The translations under genes and the position numbers were made by a program. 64,000 nt of DNA from an uncultured bacterium. Lineage in GTDB: Bacteria; Acidobacteriota; Aminicenantia; UBA2199. The stretch is from NCBI GenBank assembly GCA_965603365.1, contig CBFDCR010000023.1:54-64053 (forward strand), read 5' to 3'. How positions within the stretch are numbered: position 1 is the first letter of the stretch; every line of letters begins with the position of its first letter. Shown here piece after piece: positions 26,827 through 37,852 of this stretch. The notes beneath the pieces were generated by a model, which saw only the letters and a list, made by a program, of their open reading frames with translations, was not told the origin of the DNA and searched no databases.

Positions 26827-28625
26827 TCCCCCCGACCCATGTGAACCAGTTCGGGGCCGGAGAAGACCAGTATCAATTTAATCAGATTGGTTTGTCCGAG
26901 ACTTTTACGGAAGCGATCGTCCGCGGTGTACCGGGCCAACTGCTGCCGTGCCTCCTCTATCTGGGGCTGTATAATTTCACTGGCTTCCTCTTCGCTCTTC
27001 GTGCCCTTTCCCTTAGAGCGCCGGGCTTTGATATATTTAATCTCGATTACATAGGCGTATTTGATATCGTCATACCGGGCCAGGAAGGGTTCCATCACGA
27101 TGTCGGCATAACCTTTGTTCAACTCCTTTTCCGAATGGACCAGAAAATAGTCGCTGATCCCCAGGTAGGCCAGTAAAAATCCCTGGACTACCTTCTCCTC
27201 CCGGATAAAGTCTCTCAGGGAGGTTGACCGCTTCATCTCCTGCGCCATGTAGGAAAAAAAAGGCTGCCACAGGCCGTGGTAGGCCATGCCGTGAAGCAGC
27301 TCCTGAATTTTATTGGTATTGACCGCCATTAAGCCGGTCTCGTTGTAGACCCGGATAATATAGTCGTAGTAGAGGCTCTTGACGGTGAGGTTGGGGATGG
27401 TAAACACCAGGCGGCCCTCCCTTTCGGCCTTGATGGTCAGGAGCCCCAGGTAAAAGAGCAGGGAGATGAAGTTTTCCGGCAGGGCCATGTCCTCGAGGGG
27501 AAACCCTTTAACCAACTTTGAGTGGACCTCTTCGTCTTCAACAATCTTGCGCAGTTGGGGAAAGTTGCCGTTGACCCTTTTTTGTTCCCCCTGTTCGATC
27601 AGGATCAGGTGGCGCACCTTCCCGTAATCCATGCGGACATTGCGGTCGATCAATTCATCCGGCAGGGTCTTCCCCTTGAAGTACTCTTTTAAAAAATAGA
27701 GCACCATGTCGGAGTTGAACAGGCTGATTGACCCGTTTTTAGAGAAATTGTAGTGGTTGTACCAGCGGCCCATGATATCCATTAAAAAATCGTCGTCATG
27801 GCCGAGCCAACCGGCGGACCGGTAATATTGCAGCATGCCCCGCACCTCGTCGTGGGTAAAACCCAGCATCCGGTTAAAGCCGGGGTCTATGGAGATGTTC
27901 TCGCCGATATTAAAACCGCTGGTCACATCGTCCATGGTAATGGGCGATACCCCGCTCACGAACAGGCGGGATATGGGCGCACCGGACCCGGTGGCACCGG
28001 TCTTTAACACATTAAAAAATGTCCGGAAAAAGCCCGCCCCATGGGTGAGTCTCCTGTATTCACGGCTGCCGGTGGTGGACAGTATGGTATTGGCAAAGTT
28101 GTCATACTCATCGATAATCACATACAACTTTTGCTCTGTCTCCATGCACAGCCCGATGACGGCCTGCAGTACATCGGAGGCGGAATGGAGGTCTTTGAGG
28201 TCGTCTTTTTGCTTTTCCGGGTCCACCTTCAGTTTTTCGGCGTACCTGGAGATAAAGACATTGGCCCGGGTCTTTACGTGATTGAAGAAAGAGTCTTCCA
28301 CCCTGACGGCAGACGGCTCGACAGAGGAGAAATTGAATTTTAACACCAGGTAGGCGTGCCGTTCCCCGGTGGGGCGGTGGTAAATTTTGGTTCCCCGGTA
28401 AAAAAACTCGAATTGATCCTGCTTGAGTACGTCGTAATATGTCTCCATGAGGGAGAGAAAGAGGGATTTGCCGAAGCGCCGGGGCCGGATAAAAAACAGG
28501 TAACTACCGGCATCTTCGATCTCCCTCAAAAAACCGGTCTTATCCACAAAGTAGTAGTTCCCCTTGACGATTTTCTCATAATCGGCAATACCATAGGGAA
28601 TCCGCTTAACCGTATGCTCACTCAT
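26823..28625 (-). CDS. AAA-ATPase-like protein with C-terminal PD-(D/E)XK nuclease domain
   Basis: IPYGIADY, YFVDKT, RPRRFGKS, IIDEYD, GYADI...IEIKY; ATG at 28625. Confidence 0.88.
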   Translation of the reverse strand: MSEHTVKRIPYGIADYEKIVKGNYYFVDKTGFLREIEDAGSYLFFIRPRRFGKSLFLSLMETYYDVLKQDQFEFFYRGTKIYHRPTGERHAYLVLKFNFSSVEPSAVRVEDSFFNHVKTRANVFISRYAEKLKVDPEKQKDDLKDLHSASDVLQAVIGLCMETEQKLYVIIDEYDNFANTILSTTGSREYRRLTHGAGFFRTFFNVLKTGATGSGAPISRLFVSGVSPITMDDVTSGFNIGENISIDPGFNRMLGFTHDEVRGMLQYYRSAGWLGHDDDFLMDIMGRWYNHYNFSKNGSISLFNSDMVLYFLKEYFKGKTLPDELIDRNVRMDYGKVRHLILIEQGEQKRVNGNFPQLRKIVEDEEVHSKLVKGFPLEDMALPENFISLLFYLGLLTIKAEREGRLVFTIPNLTVKSLYYDYIIRVYNETGLMAVNTNKIQELLHGMAYHGLWQPFFSYMAQEMKRSTSLRDFIREEKVVQGFLLAYLGISDYFLVHSEKELNKGYADIVMEPFLARYDDIKYAYVIEIKYIKARRSKGKGTKSEEEASEIIQPQIEEARQQLARYTADDRFRKSLGQTNLIKLILVFSGPELVHMGRGD

Positions 28626-28732
28626 CGTTCTCTCCCCCCCATTATACCCCATCTCCCCCTTTTTTCAAAACCCTATTTAACTGGAGTTACCCCAAAAAAT
28701 AAAATCTAAAAACAATCGGTGCGTGTGAATGT

Positions 28733-28869
28733 GTGAATTTTTTATTATAATATGCTGTGTTATCTTGAATTTCATACCATTTATATGTACCGGGCTTTCT
28801 ACCCAAACCAGGCTCAAGTTTTTGCTTATATTCCTGGAGGTCTTTTTTAATAGCCGAATAATTATATAT
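28733..28869 (-). pseudogene. Fragment of a type IIG restriction-modification (Eco57I/TaqI_C-like) gene
   Basis: Manual translation YSAIKKDLQEYKQKLEPGLGRKPGTYKWYEIQDNTAYY resembles the GRKPGxYKWYEIQDN motif; no start codon; boundaries approximate. Confidence 0.55.
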
Positions 28870-29101
28870 TTATTTATTTATTTTCCCAGCTTCATTTATA
28901 CTCACAGAACCAGGTTGTATCTTTTCTTTTAAGGAGCAAATTTGGGGACAATCGAGAAGATGTTCATGGACCGGTTATGGTAAAAGACCAACAAAATTTT
29001 TACATTTTCACGCACCCCAGTTCTCTCCCATGAATCGGTGCGAACTGAAATGATAAAGGTACAACCCGGGGTGTCAGCGGTGACGTGTGGAGTTACAAGG
29101 T

Positions 29102-29171
29102 TGACACTTGAAGTTATAGAGCCGTAACCCGGAGTGACGAGTCTGACACTTGAAGTCATAGAGCCGTAGCC
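29102..29171. repeat. 28-bp direct repeat at 42-bp spacing in a heptamer-periodic tract
   Basis: tgacacttgaagttatagagccgtaacc and tgacacttgaagtcatagagccgtagcc. Confidence 0.8.
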
Positions 29172-29244
29172 AAAAGTTATAAAATAGCAAATTTCAATTC
29201 TCTAACTCTAAGAACGCCTGTCTATTTGAAAGGTATATGGTGGG

Positions 29245-29949
29245 TTACATGCCGGAGAGTTGGAGGGCCAGGTAGGAGAAGAGGACCAGGATGAGGGAAC
29301 GGAAGCAGAAGTAGAAGATGGCGATGGTGAGACTCTTTTTGAAGGTGATTTTGGCAAAGACCGCTATGCCGGCGGCGATGACGACGATGTACCAGATGGA
29401 GAAGAGTTCCAGTTGGGAGAGGAGGAGGGCCAAAAAAGACTTTCCCGGCAGGGAGGGGAAAAACACGGCGGCGTTGGTGGTGGCGGTGATGTCTAGACCC
29501 AGGGGCATGGAGACGGTGGAGAGGAGACCGGGGATGAGGGTGTGGATGATGGAGGCGTTCACCGCCAGGGAGAAGTAGTTGACATAGAGACCTTCGGCAC
29601 CGCCGATGCCGTAAAACAGGTAGATGAAAAAGGCGGCCACCGCCAGGCTGAGGGCCAGCAAGAAGACGGTGCCGGAAGACAGGAAGGCCCGCCGCAGGGA
29701 GGAAATAGGCCGGGAAGAATCGGCGGGATCGTATTCGAGGTAATCGGCAAATTTTGAATCCTGGAGAATTTCGGCACTCTGGGCCATCTCATAAGGCAGG
29801 GTAATATAGGAACAGATGCCGATGACCAAAAGGATCAAAATAAAAGAACCCACCCACTTCTTTTGGTCCATCATTTTGCCTAACGTAATACCGGGTTTTA
29901 TAAAGATCCCTTTCAAATCCTTTAAAAAAGCGTTTAGTGTCGTTTGCAT
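29245..29949 (-). CDS. Yip1-family membrane protein
   Basis: GIFIKPGITL N-terminal pattern, about 5 TM segments, ELFSIW. Confidence 0.7.
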   Translation of the reverse strand: MQTTLNAFLKDLKGIFIKPGITLGKMMDQKKWVGSFILILLVIGICSYITLPYEMAQSAEILQDSKFADYLEYDPADSSRPISSLRRAFLSSGTVFLLALSLAVAAFFIYLFYGIGGAEGLYVNYFSLAVNASIIHTLIPGLLSTVSMPLGLDITATTNAAVFFPSLPGKSFLALLLSQLELFSIWYIVVIAAGIAVFAKITFKKSLTIAIFYFCFRSLILVLFSYLALQLSGM

Positions 29950-30215
29950 TGTGATGACTCCATAAGTTATCTATACGGTTAAGGGAGGCAAGTTGTTTTC
30001 AATTTTTTGCCGATTTTGGCACGCTTTTGTCTATACCTCTTTAAAAAAACATTAAAATATTATATAATATAGCATGCAATTTGTTGCTAAGACGATATTT
30101 ATTGGCGATATTTTTTTGATTTCGAATATTGAGGAGTATAAATTTTGGTCTTCTTCGGCTTTTTATTTGGGTGGAAGCTTCTTTCACCGGAAATTTTTTT
30201 TTAGGGGAATTCACC

Positions 30216-30902
30216 ATGGGGATTAAAGAAAACTATGAAAAAATAATGGAACGCATTGGTAAGGCCTGCCAGAGGACGAATCGACAGGTTTCTGATATTC
30301 AAATATTGGCCGTTTGCAAGGGGCAGACGTCCGAGAGAATCAAAGAGGCCTACGATTGCGGCCTCCGGATCATGGGTGAGAATAAGACCCAGGAGGCCGA
30401 TATTCACCAGGAGGAACTCCACGATCTGACGGATATTTCCTGGCATTTTATCGGTAAACTGCAAAAGAATAAGATCAATCGGATTTTGAAGAGCTTTGAT
30501 TTTATCCAGTCGGTGGATGGGGTGAAATCGTTAGAACACATTCATAAAAGGGTGAACGAGGAGACCGAAATTTTCATAGAGATTAATATAGGTGAAGAAA
30601 AGAATAAAACCGGCTTTACCGTTGATGGATTAAAAAAGGCCCTGAATTATATATCCAATCTGAACCGGGTCAAGATAACCGGTCTCATGACCATTCCGCC
30701 TTTTGAAGACGATATCGAAGATGTACGCCCATACTTTATTCAGATGAGAGAGTTAAAGGAAGAGGTCAATAGTATGAACCTGTCGAACTTTGACATTCAA
30801 CATCTCTCCATGGGAATGAGTCACGATTTCGATGTGGCCATCGAGGAGGGTGCCAACATGATTCGAATCGGCACGGCTCTATTTGGGAGAAGATATTTGT
30901 GA
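30216..30902 (+). CDS. yggS: YggS family PLP homeostasis protein
   Basis: LAVCK, WHFIGKLQKNK, GLMTIPP, LSMGMSHDF, IRIGTALFG. Confidence 0.95.
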   Translation: MGIKENYEKIMERIGKACQRTNRQVSDIQILAVCKGQTSERIKEAYDCGLRIMGENKTQEADIHQEELHDLTDISWHFIGKLQKNKINRILKSFDFIQSVDGVKSLEHIHKRVNEETEIFIEINIGEEKNKTGFTVDGLKKALNYISNLNRVKITGLMTIPPFEDDIEDVRPYFIQMRELKEEVNSMNLSNFDIQHLSMGMSHDFDVAIEEGANMIRIGTALFGRRYL

Positions 30903-31210
30903 TTCTGGGATACTTTTTAGAGGCCTTTGCCAAACTGTTTCACCTGGTGGTCCAACTGTATATATTGGTGATTATTGTGAGAGCCGTCATTTCCTGGGTC
31001 GGCAACATTCCTTATAATACCTTTGTCCATGTTTTACGGAAATTGACGGACCCGGTGTTTCGATTGGTTCACCGCGCCCTTCCCTTTACGATTATCGGCG
31101 GCATCGATATTTCTCCGCTCATCATCCTGGTTTTTTTGTATTTTGTGGACAGTTTTTTAACCAGAGTGATGCTGAGTTATGCCAATCAATTATTATCAGG
31201 AGGGGGGTAG
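30899..31210 (+). CDS. yggT: YggT family membrane protein
   Basis: ISWV...LTDP...GIDISPL; conserved yggS-yggT-divIVA order. Confidence 0.9.
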   Translation: MILGYFLEAFAKLFHLVVQLYILVIIVRAVISWVGNIPYNTFVHVLRKLTDPVFRLVHRALPFTIIGGIDISPLIILVFLYFVDSFLTRVMLSYANQLLSGGG

Positions 31211-31215
31211 GTAAA

Positions 31216-31701
31216 ATGAAATTAACGCCACAGGAAGTCATCACTCAGGAATTTAGCATCCATATCAGGGGGTTTGATAAGGAAGAGGTCAAAAACTTCC
31301 TCATTCAGGTGGCCGAGACCCTGGAAAGCGAGATCCAGGAAAAAGAAAAACTGAGGAAGGAATCTGAGAGGCTAAAGGAGACTCTATCCAGGTTTGAGAG
31401 AAGGGAAGAGGTGTTGAGGGACACGCTGGTTTCGGCTCAAAAATTTTCCAATGAGATCAAAACCAATGCCCAGAAAGAGGCAGAGTTAATTGTAAAAGAG
31501 GGAGAGATTAAGGCCGAGGAAATCGTCAGCAGTGCCATTGCCCGGCGCAAGGACTTGAAGGATGAAATCAGGAGCCTGCAGTTTAAACGGCGGGAGATTG
31601 AGAATGATCTGGTTAATATGCTGAACTCCCTCAAGGAATTGATCGAATCGTATCGCAAGGATGATGAGGAATTTGATAAGGTGGAATATTTGAGTAAATG
31701 A
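31216..31701 (+). CDS. divIVA: DivIVA domain protein
   Basis: LTPQEV...F...[12 protein letters not shown] followed by coiled coil. Confidence 0.88.
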   Translation: MKLTPQEVITQEFSIHIRGFDKEEVKNFLIQVAETLESEIQEKEKLRKESERLKETLSRFERREEVLRDTLVSAQKFSNEIKTNAQKEAELIVKEGEIKAEEIVSSAIARRKDLKDEIRSLQFKRREIENDLVNMLNSLKELIESYRKDDEEFDKVEYLSK

Positions 31702-31748
31702 CAGAAGTTGAAGAGTTGCAGGGGAAAAATGAATTTTTGGAGGATATC

Positions 31749-32774
31749 ATGAACGAAACAAATCAGAAAGCATCGGCCATAAAGAGTGCGGTTTCCCAGA
31801 TTGAAAAGCAATTTGGCAAAGGCTCCATTATGAAGTTGGGGAGTGATTATTCGGTCAACATCCCGGTCATCTCCTCCGGCTGTTTGTCCCTCGATATCAT
31901 CACCGGTGTCGGCGGCTTTCCCCGGGGCAGGGTGATCGAAATTTACGGTCCCGAAGCTTCGGGCAAGACCACCATTGCCTTGCAGGTTATTGCCGAGGCC
32001 CAAAAAGCCGGCGGCCAGGCGGCTTTTATCGACGCCGAACATGCCCTGGACCCCACCTATGCCCGGAATTTAGGTGTTAATATCGACGAATTGTATATTG
32101 CCCAACCGGATTACGGCGAACAGGCGCTGGAGATCGCGGAGATACTGGTTCGTTCCGGTGGATTGGACATCATCGTAGTCGACAGCGTGGCCGCGCTGGT
32201 GCCCAAGGCCGAGTTGGAAGGGGATATGGGGGACAGCCATATGGGTTTGCAGGCCCGGTTAATGAGCCAGGCACTGCGAAAGTTGACCGCTATCGTGGCC
32301 CGGTCCAAAACAACGTTTATATTTGTCAACCAGATGAGGGAGAAAATCGGCATGTTCGTCGGCAACCCCGAAACCACCACCGGCGGTCGGGCGCTAAAGT
32401 TTTACAGTTCCCTCAGGCTGGAGGTACGGAAAATCTTGACGTTGAAAAACGGTACCGATATCGTGGGCGGCCGGACCCGGATGAAAATCGTAAAAAACAA
32501 GGTGGCCCCCCCCTTTAAGACCACAGAGGTGGATTTACTGTTTGGGAAGGGCGTCTCAAAGGAAGGTGATATTATCGACCTGGCGGTTACTCACGGCATC
32601 ATTGCCAAAACCGGTGCCTGGTATGCCTATGGGGATGAGAAGTTGGGCCAGGGAAAGGAAACCGTCCGGCAATTGCTGGAGGAGAAACCCCCTCTTTTTG
32701 AGGAGTTAAAAGGTAAGATTTTAGAAAAAGTCGGCATGGCAGATAAGGTTCAGGATAAAGAAAAGAAAGCTTGA
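31749..32774 (+). CDS. recA: Recombinase RecA
   Basis: [44 protein letters not shown]; ATG 31749 after SD ggagga. Confidence 0.98.
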   Translation: MNETNQKASAIKSAVSQIEKQFGKGSIMKLGSDYSVNIPVISSGCLSLDIITGVGGFPRGRVIEIYGPEASGKTTIALQVIAEAQKAGGQAAFIDAEHALDPTYARNLGVNIDELYIAQPDYGEQALEIAEILVRSGGLDIIVVDSVAALVPKAELEGDMGDSHMGLQARLMSQALRKLTAIVARSKTTFIFVNQMREKIGMFVGNPETTTGGRALKFYSSLRLEVRKILTLKNGTDIVGGRTRMKIVKNKVAPPFKTTEVDLLFGKGVSKEGDIIDLAVTHGIIAKTGAWYAYGDEKLGQGKETVRQLLEEKPPLFEELKGKILEKVGMADKVQDKEKKA

Positions 32775-33262
32775 AAAGATTTCGCCTATCACTTATCTAT
32801 ATCGTTGGCCTGGTTGTGCTGAATTTTTTTCACTCCCCCGTCAGATCTTTTTTGGCCGCCCTCACCGGCGAGCGATTTGTCATATATTTGCTGTACGCCC
32901 TATTTTTTTCTTTTTTCTTAATCGCCCTCATCCGGGTCTTCCGGACCGGCAAAAATGTCGAGATGGCGGCTGTTGTGGGGGCAATGGCCCTGATTTTTTT
33001 CTTTTTATTGTCCAGGCCGCCTTTGCTGTTTAAATTGTCGATAGCGGAGTTTTTTATTTTAGGGGTGGTCCTTTTCGTGAACGGCAAAAAATCCAGGTCA
33101 ACCTTTGCCATTGCCTTAGTCCTGCTGGTCCTGGCGGCCCTGCTGGTGGAAATCGCCGGGAATCTCTCTGCCGGCAGCAGCTTCTACTACTTCGATGTCT
33201 GGATGATGGTGTTGTTCGGGCTGACCGGTTATATTGCCATGGGATTGGGGTTTAAAAAATAA
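32771..33262 (+). CDS. Hypothetical polytopic membrane protein
   Basis: 5-6 hydrophobic segments; overlaps the recA stop. Confidence 0.6.
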   Translation: MKRFRLSLIYIVGLVVLNFFHSPVRSFLAALTGERFVIYLLYALFFSFFLIALIRVFRTGKNVEMAAVVGAMALIFFFLLSRPPLLFKLSIAEFFILGVVLFVNGKKSRSTFAIALVLLVLAALLVEIAGNLSAGSSFYYFDVWMMVLFGLTGYIAMGLGFKK

Positions 33263-33382
33263 ATTTTTATTTTAAACTTGTATTTACCTTCATTATAAGT
33301 TATATTTATATCATGAAAAAGCTTGCAGATGCATTTGAATTTTTAAAAATAAACGAAAAAAAACAATCTGATAGTACCCAAA

Positions 33383-33862
33383 ATGCGTATTAACGATCAA
33401 ACATTAAAAAAGAGTGTGGGACTTCGGTTCCGTAAGTTTAGAGAGGCCTTAAAGAAAACCCAGTATGATCTGGCGGAGGAACTCCAGGTCTATCAATCCA
33501 CCATCACCAACATCGAGCTGGGGAAAACCTTTCCCAAAATCAACTATCTACACCATTTGCACAATAAGTACCGTTTGAATCTCAACTGGCTGCTGCGGGA
33601 AAAAGGCGACATGTTTCTGCCCAAAGAGCTCAATGGCTTTGGTATTTCTTTTATCGGCAGGCCCCATGTCAAATACGGTGACCCCATGTACGACAAGTAT
33701 GTGGAACTCTTCACCTTGATGCAAATCCAGGTGATTGAACAGGTTATCCTGGCCAAGCTGGTAGAGCTAAAGGCCCTCATGAAGGATGAAGTCAACGAGT
33801 TTTATGAGCGGATCAAGAGGGAACAGGAGCAGCAAAAAGAGGAGACAGACGAAGCCGAATAG
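33383..33862 (+). CDS. XRE-family HTH transcriptional regulator
   Basis: TQYDLAEELQVYQSTITNIELGKTFP; LNLNWLL. Confidence 0.85.
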   Translation: MRINDQTLKKSVGLRFRKFREALKKTQYDLAEELQVYQSTITNIELGKTFPKINYLHHLHNKYRLNLNWLLREKGDMFLPKELNGFGISFIGRPHVKYGDPMYDKYVELFTLMQIQVIEQVILAKLVELKALMKDEVNEFYERIKREQEQQKEETDEAE

Positions 33863-34100
33863 GATCAACCAGTTTTATTCGTGTTATACTACATATCGTG
33901 ATAGATAAGAGGGGAGTCATCGGTTTAAATCTTTTGATTACGGTCAAAATGAAAATTAGGGGCGGCGAATGTGAAACCATTCCCGATGCTTCTTGCTACA
34001 AACCAATTCCAACTTCGCCTGAAGCGTGCATGACCACCATGCACATCAATTGCACCCAGATTTCCTATTGTTACTGCCCAGAATAAGGAGTTTCAATTCT

Positions 34101-35048
34101 TTACTGTTCGGCGCCGCAGTAGATGCACTTTTTTGATTGGCGGGGCATGGCCTTGCGGCAGTTCCAGCAGAAAAAATCGGTGCGGTTGTCCCGGGCATCA
34201 ATCCGGTTTTTGATCGCCTTTATCTGGGAAGAGTAATCGTCCCGCCTGTTTTCCAGTTGGTTCAGATCTTCGATGATTTCGCCGGCCTGTTTGTAGCGGA
34301 GGGTGAGATCCGGGGAGAGCATTTTCATGACGATGCGGTTTAGGCCCGGAGAGACGGCCGGCACCTTCTTGATGAGTGGGGTCGTCTGCCCGGCTTTGGC
34401 CTTTTTGTAAATTTCCATGGGATTGGCCAGGACAATGGGGGGGAAACCGGTGGCCATTTCGTAAAACAGGCAGCCCACCGAGTAAATATCCGAGGCCAGT
34501 ACGGCCCGGCCTTCAAATTGTTCGGGCGCCATGTAGGGGGGGGAGCCGATTCGGGTGGTGGCGTACTGCCGGTCGTTCAGGATGGTGGAGGTGCCGAAAT
34601 CGGTGATCTTAACGTTGTCGTCCTCGCCGATCAGGATGTTGGAGGGCCGGATATCCCGGTGGATAACCTTTAATTCCTGGGCAAATTGAATGGCCGATAA
34701 TATCTGCCGCAAATACCTCAGGGCCGCCGGGATTTCCAACCGGTTCTTGCTGTCGATGAGTTTTTCCAGGTCGGTGCCTTTGATGTATTCCATCACCATG
34801 ATGATGATGTTGTCGATGATATCTACGGTCAGCAACTTGACGATGTTGGGATGGTCCAGCAATTTGGACTGCAGGGCCGATTCTTCCAGAAGTTTTTCCG
34901 TTTGTGAACCGATGCGGTGGGGGATCTTTAAGGCCCGCTGGGTCTTTAAAAAGGTGTCTTCCGCCAGGTAAACGGTGCCGAAGCCGCCGCTGCCCAGCTT
35001 CTTCAAGATCTGGTACTTACCGATTTTGCCCTTTATCTCAATCATCAA
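34101..35048 (-). CDS. Hanks-type Ser/Thr protein kinase with C-terminal zinc ribbon
   Basis: LGSGGFGTVY, ALK, HRDIRPSN, DFG, YMAPE; C-terminal CWNC...CIYC. Confidence 0.92.
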   Translation of the reverse strand: MMIEIKGKIGKYQILKKLGSGGFGTVYLAEDTFLKTQRALKIPHRIGSQTEKLLEESALQSKLLDHPNIVKLLTVDIIDNIIIMVMEYIKGTDLEKLIDSKNRLEIPAALRYLRQILSAIQFAQELKVIHRDIRPSNILIGEDDNVKITDFGTSTILNDRQYATTRIGSPPYMAPEQFEGRAVLASDIYSVGCLFYEMATGFPPIVLANPMEIYKKAKAGQTTPLIKKVPAVSPGLNRIVMKMLSPDLTLRYKQAGEIIEDLNQLENRRDDYSSQIKAIKNRIDARDNRTDFFCWNCRKAMPRQSKKCIYCGAEQ

Positions 35049-35093
35049 ATCATATTATACGACAATAATTTTCTGGGGTAAAGGGGACTGGGC

Positions 35094-37274
35094 TTAGAAA
35101 AATGCTCCCAGGCGCAGTATGGTGTGGCAGACGGCAACCAGCGGCAGCAGGCCTCTTTGAACCACAGCTTTCAATGGGCGGTGTTTTGAGATGAGGCGGG
35201 CCATAGGGGGTGAATAGCGATAATAGGCGTCTACCAGGCCGCGGCCGAACTCGCTGTTTATAAGGTAGGTGTCCCTGAAGTTTCTCAAGGTGGTTACATA
35301 GGGGTGAAGGGGTGAATTAAAAGCGGCCGTGGCAATGAAGCATCTCCCCGATTTGCCGTCGCCCCCGTTATTGCTGGAGCCTTTTGCCTTTATGGTTATG
35401 GTGGCGAAGAAGGAGGTGCGGTTATTATGGGTGTAATCGTCCTGCTGGTAACCATTAACGGTAATAATGATTCCGATATAATAAGTACCGGCCGGGACAT
35501 CATCGGGGATGGTGGAACTGATGTCAAAGACAGAGTGGGTTTCCCCATCAAGGGTTTCCCAATTCCAGAATGAACCGATTTTGTAATCGTCCGTTTTTAT
35601 GGTTCTGTCCTTTGACAGGTAAAACCGTACTCTCACGTCCGAAACGTCATTGTAGCTGATGTTTTCCACGGTGATGTTTTCTAAGGAAATCTGGTCCCCC
35701 GGGTAATAGGAGGATGAGTTGGTGGTGGCGTTGTGGAGACCATTACTGGCATAATAGGACTCGACCCCCACATCGACCGTATTTTTTATGTTCGTCCGTT
35801 TGGAATAATCCCGGCGAAAACAGTAGGCATCGGCCACGTGAATGCCGCGGCCATCCTCGATAAGATCGTGATAGTATTTGTGTACCACCGTCAGTTGATC
35901 GTAGTCATAGGTTTCATGATAACCCCATTGGCCTGACTCTCCCCTCTGCATCCCCCAGGTGTGGGCCACTTCATGCATGGCAAGCGGCCGGAGAAGGATG
36001 ACATTGGAATTGCCCCAGGCATTCTCTTCACTGTCTGTCCAGTCGTAGGCGGGGTTGAATAGAATGTCTGATTCCAGGAGTCGCCCGCAGGGGCTTCCCA
36101 ACCGCCACCAACTGTGAGCCCAGGCGATATAGCCGTTCCAATGAACCCCGTAGATCCTGAACATGTCGGCATCCTTTACCCAGCCGCAAAATTCATTTAT
36201 GCCGTTGTGACCGTATTTCCCGTCGCTATTCCTTTTTTGATAGACACCCATGAACCAATTCCACGTCTGCCTGGAAGCTTCTATCGTATCGTAAGACCAC
36301 CAGTCTGACGGTACCGTTTCCAGGACAAAAGGGAGAGTATGGTAACCGCAGTACCCCAGGGTACCGCCAAAAGGCGCGCTGTCGTTTGCCGGGAAATGGC
36401 CGGTTTCCTCATCGTTCTGAGTTATCCAGTCGTCAAAGGTTTTGCTTTCAATTCTAACAGCCCGTTTTTTGATAGAGATATCCGACTCTTCCCGTTTGAG
36501 AATTTTCATTTCTAAATGGGTTTTCAGGGCCTCTTCTTTGATGTAGTGGATGAAATCCGAGAGGCAAAATGGCTGCGCCGTCCTGTTTTGGTCCGCCGGT
36601 TCGGCTCCGGCCGAAGATAGTGAGGCGGTATCTAAGGGATGGTGCGGTGTCGGCGCCGGGACAGATCGCACGGCGACATCGGCCCGGCTCGGCTCATACA
36701 CCGGGGCGCCGCCCTGGATGTAGGCCACGGGTAACCTGCCTGTTGTCAGTCCCCGGGCATCGCCGCCCCGGACGTATTTTCTGCCGGCGGTGAGGACGAA
36801 CTCTTCGCCGGTTACCACATCCTTCACCACTTCAAAAAATCCCTGGGGGCCGCCGATCAGGGGATTGATATAGGTTTTGCCGTCATCACTCACAAACAGG
36901 AGGTAGCGGTGACCCGGTTGAAAGGATGGGGCAACGCTTACATCGAGGCATAGATCTCCCACACAGCCACCGGCGTGCTGCAGGATGACAAAAGAAGAGT
37001 TATCCTGTACTGCCTGGTGGGTACTATGTACGATCACGATGTCGCTGAAGAGGACTTCGGTGATGATTAGTGTCTGCTGCTCGTTGAACCGGCTTTCCTG
37101 GTTTTCCACGGTCCCGATGAAGATAAGATCCGCGCTCCGGGCGACTTCGGCAAAGGAGAGGTTTATCTGGGTGGCAACCAACCCGTTCATCATGAACAGC
37201 AGAAGGATGCCGGCGCCGGCCCACTTTAAAATGGGGGAGGCGCTATGATAATTTTGATCATTTATCTTTTTCAT
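35094..37274 (-). CDS. Secreted zincin-like metalloprotease with CFI-box-CTERM sorting domain
   Basis: Signal peptide; HEVAHTWG; Ig/CARDB-like region (VPAGTYYIG); C-terminal CFIATAAF...LRNFRD. Confidence 0.75.
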   Translation of the reverse strand: MKKINDQNYHSASPILKWAGAGILLLFMMNGLVATQINLSFAEVARSADLIFIGTVENQESRFNEQQTLIITEVLFSDIVIVHSTHQAVQDNSSFVILQHAGGCVGDLCLDVSVAPSFQPGHRYLLFVSDDGKTYINPLIGGPQGFFEVVKDVVTGEEFVLTAGRKYVRGGDARGLTTGRLPVAYIQGGAPVYEPSRADVAVRSVPAPTPHHPLDTASLSSAGAEPADQNRTAQPFCLSDFIHYIKEEALKTHLEMKILKREESDISIKKRAVRIESKTFDDWITQNDEETGHFPANDSAPFGGTLGYCGYHTLPFVLETVPSDWWSYDTIEASRQTWNWFMGVYQKRNSDGKYGHNGINEFCGWVKDADMFRIYGVHWNGYIAWAHSWWRLGSPCGRLLESDILFNPAYDWTDSEENAWGNSNVILLRPLAMHEVAHTWGMQRGESGQWGYHETYDYDQLTVVHKYYHDLIEDGRGIHVADAYCFRRDYSKRTNIKNTVDVGVESYYASNGLHNATTNSSSYYPGDQISLENITVENISYNDVSDVRVRFYLSKDRTIKTDDYKIGSFWNWETLDGETHSVFDISSTIPDDVPAGTYYIGIIITVNGYQQDDYTHNNRTSFFATITIKAKGSSNNGGDGKSGRCFIATAAFNSPLHPYVTTLRNFRDTYLINSEFGRGLVDAYYRYSPPMARLISKHRPLKAVVQRGLLPLVAVCHTILRLGAFF

Positions 37275-37442
37275 TTAGCTTCCTTATAAATAAGATTGAT
37301 GTAAAAATCGTTTTTTGTTCACGATGATATTATAAAGGGAATATTATACTCATGTCAATAGAAGAACGCAGTGTCCTACTTTTTGCCCGTCCCGAATGCT
37401 ACTATAGTACTCTTTAAGACGCTATAACTTTTTGCTACTCTT

Positions 37443-37461
37443 CTATAACTCTGAGTTATAG
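37443..37461. repeat. 19-bp palindrome in a divergent intergenic region
   Basis: ctataactc-t-gagttatag. Confidence 0.6.
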
Positions 37462-37852
37462 TGAAACGGATTAGGGCTGAGGGGCAGTTCACACAAGCGA
37501 GGAATATGAAACATGTGACCTAAGTGCCGGTCTGGAATACCAGTAGATAGGGCACAGCCCACATAACCAAACCTCTCTTCATACGTTCCTCCTTTCTCCC
37601 ATCAGTTTATTACACGGCGCTATTTATTTCAAGCCCCCCTCTTTTTTGTGTGGCTGACTAAAAAAATTAAAAAATAGTTGCTGGATAGTTGAATAATTTG
37701 CACATTTTGTGTAAAATTATCTATGATCGTCGAATTTGTGAATATCGCTTTTCCCACTTATTTCTCTGTAGAGCTTTTGCTAAACTGAAGCCGAATCTGA
37801 TGTTCCATATTCGCCTGTTCATTTTTTCATTGTTCAAAATACCTGATTATAG

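Noticed and set aside
30016-30032. sigma54 promoter (TTGGCACGCTTTTG)
   Set aside because: No GC at the required GG-N10-GC position.
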